Shown here piece by piece: positions 10,331 through 18,107 of a DNA stretch of 64,000 bases; within the stretch, counting starts at the first letter, position 1; each line of letters opens with the position of its first letter. The position numbers and the translations under genes were made by a program. Source of the DNA: an uncultured Acidobacteriaceae bacterium (GTDB lineage: Bacteria > Acidobacteriota > Terriglobia > Terriglobales > Acidobacteriaceae); contig OY970281.1 in assembly GCA_963715875.1 (NCBI GenBank), positions 1,135,946-1,199,945 of the forward strand. The letters are read 5' to 3'. The notes under the pieces were generated by a model. The model saw nothing but the letters and a program-made list of their open reading frames with translations, was not told the origin of the DNA and did not search any database.

Positions 10331-10441
10331 TCCCAGTACTATTGCTTTTTCTTTTACTCTATATATCCAGAATAGCATACGGCAATGGGTAGCTGCATCA
10401 CGATTTGCTGAACTTTATTCCCCACCTCTTCAGCAACTTAA

Positions 10442-11065
10442 CTACTTTTCCACAGATTTTGCCTCTTGACAGCTTTTCGCTCCTTCCGTTTTTTCCGCCT
10501 CCGTCAGCAATCCCACTCGCAAAAACTCCTCGCTCAGCAGGTCCAGCACCTCATACAGCCTCCGCTGAACTGTGGCCCGCCCGCAATTCAGCAAGCGCGC
10601 CGCCTCCCACTGATCGTGTTCCTGCAGGATCACCCTAGCGATCAACTCCTGATCCCACTTCCGCAGCCGCCCCAGGCACATCTCCACATCCCGCACCAAA
10701 ATCACTCGATCCTCGAACGTCACCGGACGGTACGCCGTCACCTTCGCCCGAAAAAATTCCCGCCCCATGATCGACGGCAATCTTCCCGTCTCCAGCGAAA
10801 ACCTCATATACCGCCGCAACAGTCCCACCGTGCGGTTCCGGTACATCCAAACATCCGGATTCCGATCCGAGGCATCGCCTTCCGGCCATCCCTCATCGCA
10901 GTCCGGCCCTGCCGTAAATCTGTACGGTGGCAGTTCCACTCCCATCGCACCCGCTCCGCACTGCGGACCCTGATTGCCAACTGGCATTCCGTTTGGGACG
11001 ATTCCGCCTTTCGCCGGATCCCATCCCTCCGCCTCAGCCGCGATCCATTCCACAAAGTTGCTCAT
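10442..11065 (-). CDS. Sigma-70 region-4-like / HTH transcription factor (no recognisable region 2)
   Basis: The C-terminal WDQELIARVILQEHDQWEAARLLNCGRATVQRRLYEVLDLL resembles a sigma region 4 HTH. The start ATG overlaps the upstream stop (ATGA at 11062-11065), which indicates translational coupling. Confidence 0.6.
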   Translation of the reverse strand: MSNFVEWIAAEAEGWDPAKGGIVPNGMPVGNQGPQCGAGAMGVELPPYRFTAGPDCDEGWPEGDASDRNPDVWMYRNRTVGLLRRYMRFSLETGRLPSIMGREFFRAKVTAYRPVTFEDRVILVRDVEMCLGRLRKWDQELIARVILQEHDQWEAARLLNCGRATVQRRLYEVLDLLSEEFLRVGLLTEAEKTEGAKSCQEAKSVEK

Positions 11066-11337
11066 TCCTCGCCTCCCGTTTCGTCTACGTCCAGATCGTC
11101 ATGGCTCTCGTAGTCTTCGTACCAGTCGCTGTCGGAACCACACCCCAACTCCGGAAACAGCTGTTCCTCGTCGGGCTCATGCGAAACCGCGGGCAATTGC
11201 GCGATCGCGCTCTCGCATGCCGCGCAATACACCTGCCCTGTGCCCACTTGCCGCAGCCACAACCCGCCACAGCGTTCGCAATACTTCAACTCAAATTGCA
11301 TTCTTGTTGCCGAACTCCCGTCTTCTTCTTTCATCAT
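11062..11337 (-). CDS. Small zinc-ribbon protein with an acidic tail
   Basis: The sequence has CERCGG...CAACES (CxxC-N17-CxxC) and a D/E-rich C-terminus. The preferred start is MMKEEDG, just after AGGAGG. The track start at 11382 would abut the U-tract of the upstream terminator. Confidence 0.55.
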   Translation of the reverse strand: MMKEEDGSSATRMQFELKYCERCGGLWLRQVGTGQVYCAACESAIAQLPAVSHEPDEEQLFPELGCGSDSDWYEDYESHDDLDVDETGGEE

Positions 11338-11384
11338 TCCTCCTAAAGTCTCGCGCTTTCGAATAGCCGGGCCCAGCGGCATAA

Positions 11385-11439
11385 CAAAAAAAGCCCTGCG
11401 TCGGTCAGCCGCCCTCTCAGCGGAAACCGGACGCAGGGC
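11385..11439 (-). terminator. Strong intrinsic terminator after the YezD-like gene
   Basis: A 10-bp stem GCCCTGCGTC (11393-11402) / GACGCAGGGC (11430-11439) is followed on the minus strand by TTTTTTTG. Confidence 0.65.
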
Positions 11440-11529
11440 TCGTTTCTCTTACGATGGCCTGCTTGGCTATTTACTTGTCGTACCCACTCCTCGAACTTCG
11501 CCTCCTCGCTTCAGCAGGCGATTTCTGCG

Positions 11530-11769
11530 CTACAGTTCGCTCCTACCCTCTTGCTCCAGCATCGTCCCCGAACCGTGTTGGTGGAAATATCCTTCGTCGT
11601 ATCCCGATTTCAGCACCCGCCCGTTCTGCACCACCACGCTGATCCGCCCGCTGAATTTCACAGACCTCAGCAGGTGCTCCATCGCTGCCGACAGCACTTC
11701 TGCGTCCCGCATCTTCCGCCGGAATTCCCCGAAGTGCTTTTCTTCGTTGGGGTTATATCCGTTGTTCAT
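11530..11769 (-). CDS. Small protein, DUF2292/YezD-like
   Basis: KFSGRISVVVQNGRVLKSGYDEGYF resembles the YezD motif (GS-hTh-hQDGKVhQ). A GAGGAGAGG RBS sits about 6 nt upstream of the ATG. Confidence 0.5.
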   Translation of the reverse strand: MNNGYNPNEEKHFGEFRRKMRDAEVLSAAMEHLLRSVKFSGRISVVVQNGRVLKSGYDEGYFHQHGSGTMLEQEGRSEL

Positions 11770-11922
11770 GGCCGCCTCTCCTCGATCGATAGACTGAGTT
11801 ATAGTCTGTTGGCGATCCTATAGCTGTCGAATATTGCGGGTCAAGGTCGTTATACCAATGGGGCTGTGGAAAACTCTTTTCGATTAGCGCATTGCTATAG
11901 CCCACATGCTATACTCCGAGTT
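11770..11922. promoter_or_regulatory. Divergent promoter/operator region of the CI/LexA-like switch
   Basis: ATAG-containing words are present: GATAGACT 11788, TATAGTCT 11800 (together forming AGACT-N7-AGTCT inverted arms) and CTATAGCT 11818. There is a direct repeat TGCTATAG 11893 / TGCTATAC 11907. TGCTATACT fits an extended -10 that ends 7 nt before ATG 11923. Confidence 0.4.
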
Positions 11923-12639
11923 ATGAAATTCCGAGTTCTGCAGGAAAATCTCCGCAACACCATCTGGGAGCGCATCGAAGAAGGCGATCTCACCGGCCTC
12001 CGTCTCGCCCAGCAAACCGGCTTCAAACAGGCCCATATCTCCAACTTCCTCAATCGCAAGCGCGGCCTCAGCCTCGAGGGCATGGACCGTGTCCTCGCTG
12101 TCCAGCATCTCTCCGTTCTCGATCTCCTCGATCCTTCCGAGGTCAACAAGCGCGCTTCAATTCTGCCTCCCAGCAACGACGAGTTTCAAAACGTTCTTCT
12201 GGCCGACTCCACCGTCGCCGCTACCAACCCCATCATCACCAGCATGAACGTCAAAGAAATCGTCAAGTTCAAAAAGAGTTTTCTGAAAAAGCTCAAGGCG
12301 GAATCCGAAGGCCCTCGCGAAGATTGGGAGCGTTTCGTCGTCATCAAAGTCGATGCTCGCGAGGGGATGAGCATGTACCCGCGCCTGCTCCCCGGCGCCA
12401 CGCTCCTCATCGACCGCCATTACAACTCACTCAAGCCCTACCGCAAGGGCGAGTTCAGCATGTACGCTGTCCGTAAAAACGACACCTGCACCGTCAAATA
12501 CGTCGAACTAGCCGGCAATCATCTCATCCTCCGCCCCCACAACCAGGCCTATCCCATCGAAGTCATGACCATTGAAGACGGCAAGCACCCCTCCGACTAC
12601 TTAGTAGGCCGCATCTGCCACATAAGCATCGAAACCTAA
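11923..12639 (+). CDS. CI/LexA-like repressor (XRE-type HTH + S24 peptidase domain)
   Basis: The N-terminal LRLAQQTGFKQAHISNFLNRKRGLSLEGMDRV is an HTH. The C-terminal EGMSMYPRLLPGATLLID carries the Ser motif G-x-S-M, and CTVKYVEL...LRPHN carries the Lys motif of S24 peptidases. ATG 11923 is preferred over the GTG at 11866. Confidence 0.8.
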   Translation: MKFRVLQENLRNTIWERIEEGDLTGLRLAQQTGFKQAHISNFLNRKRGLSLEGMDRVLAVQHLSVLDLLDPSEVNKRASILPPSNDEFQNVLLADSTVAATNPIITSMNVKEIVKFKKSFLKKLKAESEGPREDWERFVVIKVDAREGMSMYPRLLPGATLLIDRHYNSLKPYRKGEFSMYAVRKNDTCTVKYVELAGNHLILRPHNQAYPIEVMTIEDGKHPSDYLVGRICHISIET

Positions 12640-12676
12640 CAGGGAAGACCGCAACGTGAGCGTGCCGGTCGGAATA

Positions 12677-12765
12677 AGCCGCGAAGCGGCGCAAGAATGC
12701 AGCCCACCGCGCAAGCGGTGGGTTGCGATAAGGAAATTAGTCAGAGCCCCAGCGGGGCGACAGAC
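12677..12765 (+). repeat. Family B repeat (triple-hairpin ~90-nt element), copy 1
   Basis: The consensus is AGCCGCGAAGCGGCGCAAGAATGCAGCCCACCGCGCAAGCGGTGGGT..(about 20 nt)..AGAGCCCCAGCGGGGCGAAAGA. Confidence 0.8.
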
Positions 12766-12788
12766 AGCCCACCCGAACCGATGCGCAG

Positions 12789-12877
12789 TTCTGTCATCCT
12801 GAACAAAACCAAGACGATCACAGGGAGTCCCGGTGCAGTCGAAGAGCCTGCCCCGAGGTTGTCGAGGGGATCCCTAC
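12789..12877 (+). repeat. Family A repeat, copy 2 (long form with nested module)
   Basis: TTCTGTCATCCTGAAC...GGGAGTCCCGGTGCAGTCGAAG[AGCCTGCCCCGAGGTTGTCGAGG]GGATCCCTAC. Confidence 0.7.
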
Positions 12878-12926
12878 TCGCACCCAACCGCCGAAGTCCA
12901 GCGAAGCCGTCCCTGGAAGAAGCACC

Positions 12927-14468
12927 CTACCCATTCCCCAAACTATCGAACATCTTCCACAACTTATCTCCCGTAGCCCGATAAATCACATACCCGCTGC
13001 CCGCATCGCTCGTCTCCCGGAACAGCAACTCCCCACGCCCATCTCCATCCACATCCACCGCATCAATCAGCTCCAGTTGCGGAGTCACGTCCAGATGAAA
13101 TTTATCCGTCACTCCGCTATACAGCTTGCGCAGGTTGCCGTAGATATCGGTTTTCGCCACCAGCATCACGCTGTAGCTTTCCTCCGGCTCCCCCGCAGCC
13201 CCCGCCAGATGCGCCTCCGCGCTCAAGATCATCACCGGCTGGTTGTTCCCCCAAAGGTCATAGCCGCGAAACTGGACCTTCTCAAACGACGCCTGTACCG
13301 GCTTCACCGCAGCCTTGTGTCCCTTCGCCTTCACGCTCGGTGCATTCGCCGGGATCCGATTCTTTGCCAATGCACTCGCATACGCCCGCACTTCATCTCC
13401 CGCCAGTGCCAGCATCTGCTTCTGCCGATCTTCATCTTCCCCTGTCTTCCAGAAAAAATTGTACGTTCGTGGCTCCGGCCCACCCTCATCGGATATCGCC
13501 GCCACCACCCGCACCTCCGTCTCCCCACCGGCTTTCTTCTCACCTGTCGCGGCCTTCGCCGTCTCCTCTTCCACCGCCGGAGCCGCTTCCGTTGGTTTTC
13601 CTCGCCTCAGCGTCGGCCGGTAATAATTCTGATCCTGACCCTGAGGAGCCGTGTCCGACCCAGCTTTTGCCTGCGCCGCCTGATTCCCCCCCGAGTCGGA
13701 AGGTTTTCCTCCAGCTGTCCCGGACGTACCGCCGCTCGCCGTCCCGCCCGCCGCCGAACCGCTCCCGGCCGCTGGCGTAGACGCGCCCGGCTTCTCCGCC
13801 GCTCCAGTCCCCGCCCCTGAATCGCCCGCTGCCGCCGGACTCCCCGCCCCAGCCGCACTTCCCGCACTCGGAGCCGCCCCTGCTTTCGCCCCATTCCCCT
13901 TAGTCAGCCGCGGCGGTTCATCTCCCCCGCTGTTGTCCAGCCCCACCGGCACCGTCTCTGCTTTCAGACTTGTCTTGGCCGGCCCGGTTCCATTCGGGTA
14001 GTAGGCCCCCGCTCCCACCCAGGGATGCACGCTCGCCGCCTTGTAATGCCGTGCCTGGTTGATCGTGAACAGCCCCTGCGATACCCCCGCCTGCTCCGCC
14101 TCATACACCGTGCCCGGTTCCACCGCCATCGGCACCGGCTCCGCTTTGTACGCGCTGGCATCGTAAAACTTGCCCTCAACCAGTATTGCGATCGGGATCA
14201 GCATCGCCTTTCCCTCGCTGCTGAATTGCACCACCCCCACCGCCCGCGGCCCTTTCACCTTCGGTTTCTTTTTTACCTCCGGCGGCTTTTCCTCCGGAGT
14301 GTCTCCGGGCCGCTTCAGTTGCGGCATTTGCGCCGCTCCCCGCGCCACCCCCATGGCAAAAAACGCCAGAATCACCATGACGGCTGGCCCTGATCTGCGG
14401 TATAAACGCTTTCTGGACAAAACGAGTCCCGTCCACCCTGACTTCCATCGAATCGAGGCGATCTTCAT
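12927..14468 (-). CDS. Secreted protein with a long G/A/S/P low-complexity linker and a C-terminal FG-GAP/VCBS-like DVDGDGRGELLF motif
   Basis: Track ORF. The signal-like segment is RKRLYRRSGPAVMVILAFFAMGVARGAAQ. The start is uncertain: ATG 14468 or ATG 14378. Confidence 0.6.
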   Translation of the reverse strand: MKIASIRWKSGWTGLVLSRKRLYRRSGPAVMVILAFFAMGVARGAAQMPQLKRPGDTPEEKPPEVKKKPKVKGPRAVGVVQFSSEGKAMLIPIAILVEGKFYDASAYKAEPVPMAVEPGTVYEAEQAGVSQGLFTINQARHYKAASVHPWVGAGAYYPNGTGPAKTSLKAETVPVGLDNSGGDEPPRLTKGNGAKAGAAPSAGSAAGAGSPAAAGDSGAGTGAAEKPGASTPAAGSGSAAGGTASGGTSGTAGGKPSDSGGNQAAQAKAGSDTAPQGQDQNYYRPTLRRGKPTEAAPAVEEETAKAATGEKKAGGETEVRVVAAISDEGGPEPRTYNFFWKTGEDEDRQKQMLALAGDEVRAYASALAKNRIPANAPSVKAKGHKAAVKPVQASFEKVQFRGYDLWGNNQPVMILSAEAHLAGAAGEPEESYSVMLVAKTDIYGNLRKLYSGVTDKFHLDVTPQLELIDAVDVDGDGRGELLFRETSDAGSGYVIYRATGDKLWKMFDSLGNG

Positions 14469-14946
14469 GAGTGTCAATGTCAATGATAAGGCTCCTGAAT
14501 TTACTTTGCAGGACGAAAACGGAAAGGAAATCTCGCTCAAAAGTTTGCGCGGCAAAGTCGTTGTGCTCTATTTCTATCCCCGCGCCGACACTCCCGGCTG
14601 CACCATCGAGGCCTGCGAGTTTCGCGACACCTACAAACAGATGCAGAAAACCGGCGCCGTGTTACTCGGCATCTCCCCCGACACCCCCGCTGCCCAGAAA
14701 AAATTCCAGGACAAATTCCATCTCCCCTTCACTCTCCTCGCCGACGCCGACAAGAAAGTCGCCATCGCCTTCGACGTGCTCAAAGAAAAAAATATGTACG
14801 GCAAAAAAGTCATGGGGATCGTCCGTACCACCTTCATCATCGGCCCCGACGGCAAAATTCAACACATCTTCCCCAAAGTAAAAGCCGAAGGCCACGCCGC
14901 AGAAGTCCTGGCCTACCTAAAAGAATCAGCCAAAGGCGCAGCCTGA
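14467..14946 (+). CDS. bcp: Thioredoxin-dependent peroxiredoxin Bcp
   Basis: APEFTLQDENGKEISLKSLRGKVVVLYFYPRADTPGCTIEACEFRD carries the PxxxTxxC peroxiredoxin motif. The start is MSVNVND. Confidence 0.9.
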   Translation: MSVNVNDKAPEFTLQDENGKEISLKSLRGKVVVLYFYPRADTPGCTIEACEFRDTYKQMQKTGAVLLGISPDTPAAQKKFQDKFHLPFTLLADADKKVAIAFDVLKEKNMYGKKVMGIVRTTFIIGPDGKIQHIFPKVKAEGHAAEVLAYLKESAKGAA

Positions 14947-14950
14947 GCGG

Positions 14951-15270
14951 AAGTCAGAAGTCAGAACGAAGAATGCAGAAGTAAGAGGTAAGAAGTAAGA
15001 ATGAAGAACGAATCGTAACCAGGGATATCCAAGTTTAACCTCTGCATCCTGACCCCCGACCGCGTAGCGCCGGCATCCTGCCGGCTGTCCCGAGGGCGTC
15101 TCGCCCTCGGCCCGGCGACCACAACCGGCCTACATTTTCGATTGCTCTTTGTTGACTTCCGCCCCCGGGCAGGGATGTCCAGGTTTTAACTTCTGATTCT
15201 GACTTCTGACCTCTGCATTCTGATTCGCATTCTAGCTTCTAACTTCTGACCTCTGCCTTTTGACTTCCGC
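14951..15270. repeat. Family E: purine-rich word block (GTCAGAAGTCAGAA...GCAGAAGTAAGA) and its complement about 230 nt downstream
   Basis: The left block is 14951-15012 and the right block (TTCTGACTTCTGAC, CTCTGCATTCTGA ...) is 15186-15270. GTCAGAAGTCAGAA (14953-66) is exactly complementary to 15196-15209. The interior holds two GC hairpins (GCCGGCATCCTGCCGGC; CCGAGGGCGTCTCGCCCTCGG). Confidence 0.65.
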
Positions 15271-15294
15271 CCCCGAAATTCTGCATCCTGACCT

Positions 15295-15924
15295 GTGCCC
15301 CCGCCCATCTCCTCGCTCCCCCGCGCCTTTTTCCTCCGCGGCCCGCGTCTCGTCGCCCGCGCCCTGCTCGGCAAGGTCCTGGTCCGCGACGCCGGCCAAC
15401 TGACCGCCCGCATCGTCGAGGTCGAAGCCTATCTCGGAGAGCGCGATCCCGCCTCTCACGCTTTTCCCGGATTAACTCCGCGCAATGCCGTCATGTTCGG
15501 TCCTCCCGGCTTCGCCTATGTCTACTTCATTTATGGAGTTCATTATTGCCTGAACGTCTCCTGCCAACGCGAGGGCCTCGCTGGCGCCGTTCTTTTCCGC
15601 GCTGCCGAACCGCTCACCGGACTCGAAGAAATGGCGCGCGCACGCGGCGTCACCGTACACGGTCCCCGCGATCTTCCCAAACTCACCAGCGGCCCCGGAC
15701 GCCTCGCCGAAGCCTTCAGCATCACTCGCGCCCGCGATAACGGCTGCGATCTAACCTCGCCCGCATCCAGACTGTGGCTTGGCGATGACGGTTTTCGCTC
15801 CGGAAAAATCCTGGTCACCCCACGCATCGGCATCACCAAAGCCGCCGACGAACCCCTGCGCTACCTCCTGGCAGGAAACGCGTTCGTCTCCGGCCCGAAA
15901 GCTCGGCCTAAATCGGAAGCGTGA
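15295..15924 (+). CDS. mpg: DNA-3-methyladenine glycosylase (AAG/MPG family)
   Basis: FFLRGPRLVARALLGKVLV...RIVEVEAYLGERDPASHAF...PGFAYVYFIYGVHYCLNV is typical of the family. GTG start. Confidence 0.85.
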   Translation: MPPPISSLPRAFFLRGPRLVARALLGKVLVRDAGQLTARIVEVEAYLGERDPASHAFPGLTPRNAVMFGPPGFAYVYFIYGVHYCLNVSCQREGLAGAVLFRAAEPLTGLEEMARARGVTVHGPRDLPKLTSGPGRLAEAFSITRARDNGCDLTSPASRLWLGDDGFRSGKILVTPRIGITKAADEPLRYLLAGNAFVSGPKARPKSEA

Positions 15925-16203
15925 GGAAATGATCGCTTGAATGGTTTTTTCAAGCGTCCTTGTGTGCATCCTGGCGTTCTAACCCACAAACTTCTTCGCG
16001 TCCTTAGCGGATTTCCTTAGCGGACTTGGCGCTCAAAGGCTTTTGGTCGACCCCGGCAACCGGATTTGACAAACGGGTGTAGACTATCGCTCGGGCCAAA
16101 TGCACGCGGAACCCCGTGCTGGACAAGGCATTTGCCGGAAAGACCGACAGATTAGGCTTCAAAGTTTCAACGAAAAAACTTTGAAACCTTGAGACTTTGA
16201 AAC

Positions 16204-16956
16204 TTGAAACTACGCCGTTCAATTACCGCCCTTGCGATTCTGCTCGCCGCCCTGCCCCCGCTCTCTCGCGCCGCCGATGGTTCCGCCGTTCACTCCAGCC
16301 CTCCGGCGAATATCGTGATCGGCTTCGTTGGAGGTTTCGTCTCTCACGACAACCCCCACCATGGCCCGGTTCAGCTCGCGCAACGCATCCAGCGCAACCT
16401 TCCCCAAGATAAAAATACGTATGTCCGGATTTTTGAGAACCGCCGCAGGAAGCGCGCTTACGATACCGTCGTCCATCTTCTCGATACCGATCGCGACGGC
16501 ACTCTCTCCGCCGCCGAAAAGGCTCGCGCTCACATCATTCTGTTCGGCCACAGCTGGGGAGCCGCTTCCGCCGTTCTCCTCGCTCGTGATCTCCGCCGCG
16601 AAGGCGTCCCCGTCACGCTCACCGTGCAAGTCGATAGCGTCGCCAAAATCTGGCAGAACGATTCCATCATTCCCGACAACGTCGCCGCCGCCGTAAATTT
16701 CTACCAACCCCACGGCATCATTCACGGACGCCGCCGTATCACCGCCGCCGATCCCGCCAAAACTCAAATCCTCGGCAACTTCCTCGTGGACTACAAGAAA
16801 ACTCCGGTGGATTGTCCCGACGCCTCCTGGGGCGATCGCGTATTCACCCCCGGCCACATGGAAAGCGAGTGCGACCCCCACCTCTGGTCCCAAATCGAAG
16901 ACCTGGTCCGCCAAAGCCTCGCAACCACCCCAGCCATCGAGTCATTGAATCATTGA
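16204..16956 (+). CDS. Secreted alpha/beta-hydrolase-like protein
   Basis: The signal peptide is KLRRSITALAILLAALPPLSRA. A GHSWG nucleophile-elbow motif is present. TTG start. Confidence 0.6.
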   Translation: MKLRRSITALAILLAALPPLSRAADGSAVHSSPPANIVIGFVGGFVSHDNPHHGPVQLAQRIQRNLPQDKNTYVRIFENRRRKRAYDTVVHLLDTDRDGTLSAAEKARAHIILFGHSWGAASAVLLARDLRREGVPVTLTVQVDSVAKIWQNDSIIPDNVAAAVNFYQPHGIIHGRRRITAADPAKTQILGNFLVDYKKTPVDCPDASWGDRVFTPGHMESECDPHLWSQIEDLVRQSLATTPAIESLNH

Positions 16957-17010
16957 ATCATTGAATCAATGTCTAATTGACTCAATGACTCAATGATTCA
17001 ATCCCTCAAT
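16941..17010. repeat. Word-repeat hairpin (TCATTGAA)n / (TCAATGA)n between convergent genes
   Basis: GTCATTGAATCATTGAATCATTGAATCAATG...CTCAATGACTCAATGATTCAATCCCTCAAT. GAATCATTGA pairs with TCAATGATTC. The left arm includes the last codons and stop (16954-56) of the hydrolase gene. Confidence 0.6.
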
Positions 17011-17848
17011 CCAGCCCCACGTTATCAATCAACCGCGTTGCCCCCACATACGCTGCAACCGCCACCAACGCCCCCGCACTAGCCGATACAACCGGGTCTA
17101 ACCCATCCCGATCGACAATCTCAAAATAATCGATTCGCACCGATTCTTCCTTCGCCAACTCCTCGCGGCCCGCACTCACCAACCTGCCCGCATCACGCTC
17201 GCCCTCTTCCCACATCCTCTTCACGCGCCTCAAAGACCGCTGTAACGCCAGCGCCTGTTTCCTCTGCTCTGCATCCAGATAAGCATTGCGCGAACTCATC
17301 GCCAGCCCGTCCGCCTCGCGCACAATCGGACACGCCACAATCTCCACTCCGAAATTCAAATCCCTGACCATCCGACGGATCACCGCCACCTGCGCCGCAT
17401 CCTTCTGCCCGAAAAAAGCCGCGTCCGGTTCCACGATGTGAAACAACTTCGCCACTACCGTCGTCACGCCGCGAAAATGTCCCGGCCGCGAACGCCCGTC
17501 CAGCTTCCCGCCCAGCCCCTCCACCGTCACCCACGTCACCGCTCCCGCCGGATACATTTCCTCCGCCTCCGGCGCAAACAGCAACTCCACTCCCTCTTTT
17601 TCCAGCAACTCCCGGTCCCGCTCGAAGCTCCGCGGATATTTCACCAAATCCTCATTCGGACCAAACTGCGTGGGATTTACGAATATCGACGCTGCCACCA
17701 CGTCGCACGAAGCCCGTGCCGCTCGCACCAAAGATAAGTGTCCTTCATGCAGCGCTCCCATCGTCGGAACAAACCCCAGTCGCTTGCCCCCGCCCCGCGC
17801 CGCGCGGCACGCCCCCCGCATCTCCTCGATGGTCTTACAGATTTTCAT
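17006..17848 (-). CDS. panC: Pantoate--beta-alanine ligase
   Basis: LGFVPTMGALHEGHLSLV...IFVNPTQFGPNEDL is the canonical PanC sequence. Confidence 0.95.
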   Translation of the reverse strand: MKICKTIEEMRGACRAARGGGKRLGFVPTMGALHEGHLSLVRAARASCDVVAASIFVNPTQFGPNEDLVKYPRSFERDRELLEKEGVELLFAPEAEEMYPAGAVTWVTVEGLGGKLDGRSRPGHFRGVTTVVAKLFHIVEPDAAFFGQKDAAQVAVIRRMVRDLNFGVEIVACPIVREADGLAMSSRNAYLDAEQRKQALALQRSLRRVKRMWEEGERDAGRLVSAGREELAKEESVRIDYFEIVDRDGLDPVVSASAGALVAVAAYVGATRLIDNVGLD

Positions 17849-17974
17849 GATGTCGGAGTATTGAAATCTTCATCGGAGTGGAGTCAGCCGTCACCGCAAC
17901 TGCATCCACGAATTGCGTACACGACCACCAAAAAAGGTGCCCCATGTTTCGCGAAGTTTGCGAAACGTGGGAAC

Positions 17975-18047
17975 CACGGCCCCATCCCCCTTAGGGTTTA
18001 CCTGATCCCAAACAAAAATATGTGGGGACAGCCGCCGTCGGCTGTCC
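17975..18047. repeat. Family C repeat (GGACAGCCG-N4-CGGCTGTCC palindromic hairpin with conserved 5' leader), copy 1
   Basis: CCACGGCCCCATCCCCCTTAGGGTTTACCTGATCCCAAACAAAAATATGTGGGGACAGCCGCCGTCGGCTGTCC. Confidence 0.75.
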
Positions 18048-18107
18048 ATCGAGCAGCTCGATCGTTTTTCTCTCGCTCTTCTCCACAAGGTGAAACCCGA
18101 AACTCCC

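Noticed and set aside
1-12639. Calling the left block a prophage or tailocin cluster
   Set aside because: Only tail-fibre-like motifs and a CI-like repressor are present. I see no integrase, terminase, capsid, sheath/tube or baseplate genes or att sites, and the giant proteins carry Sec-type signal peptides.
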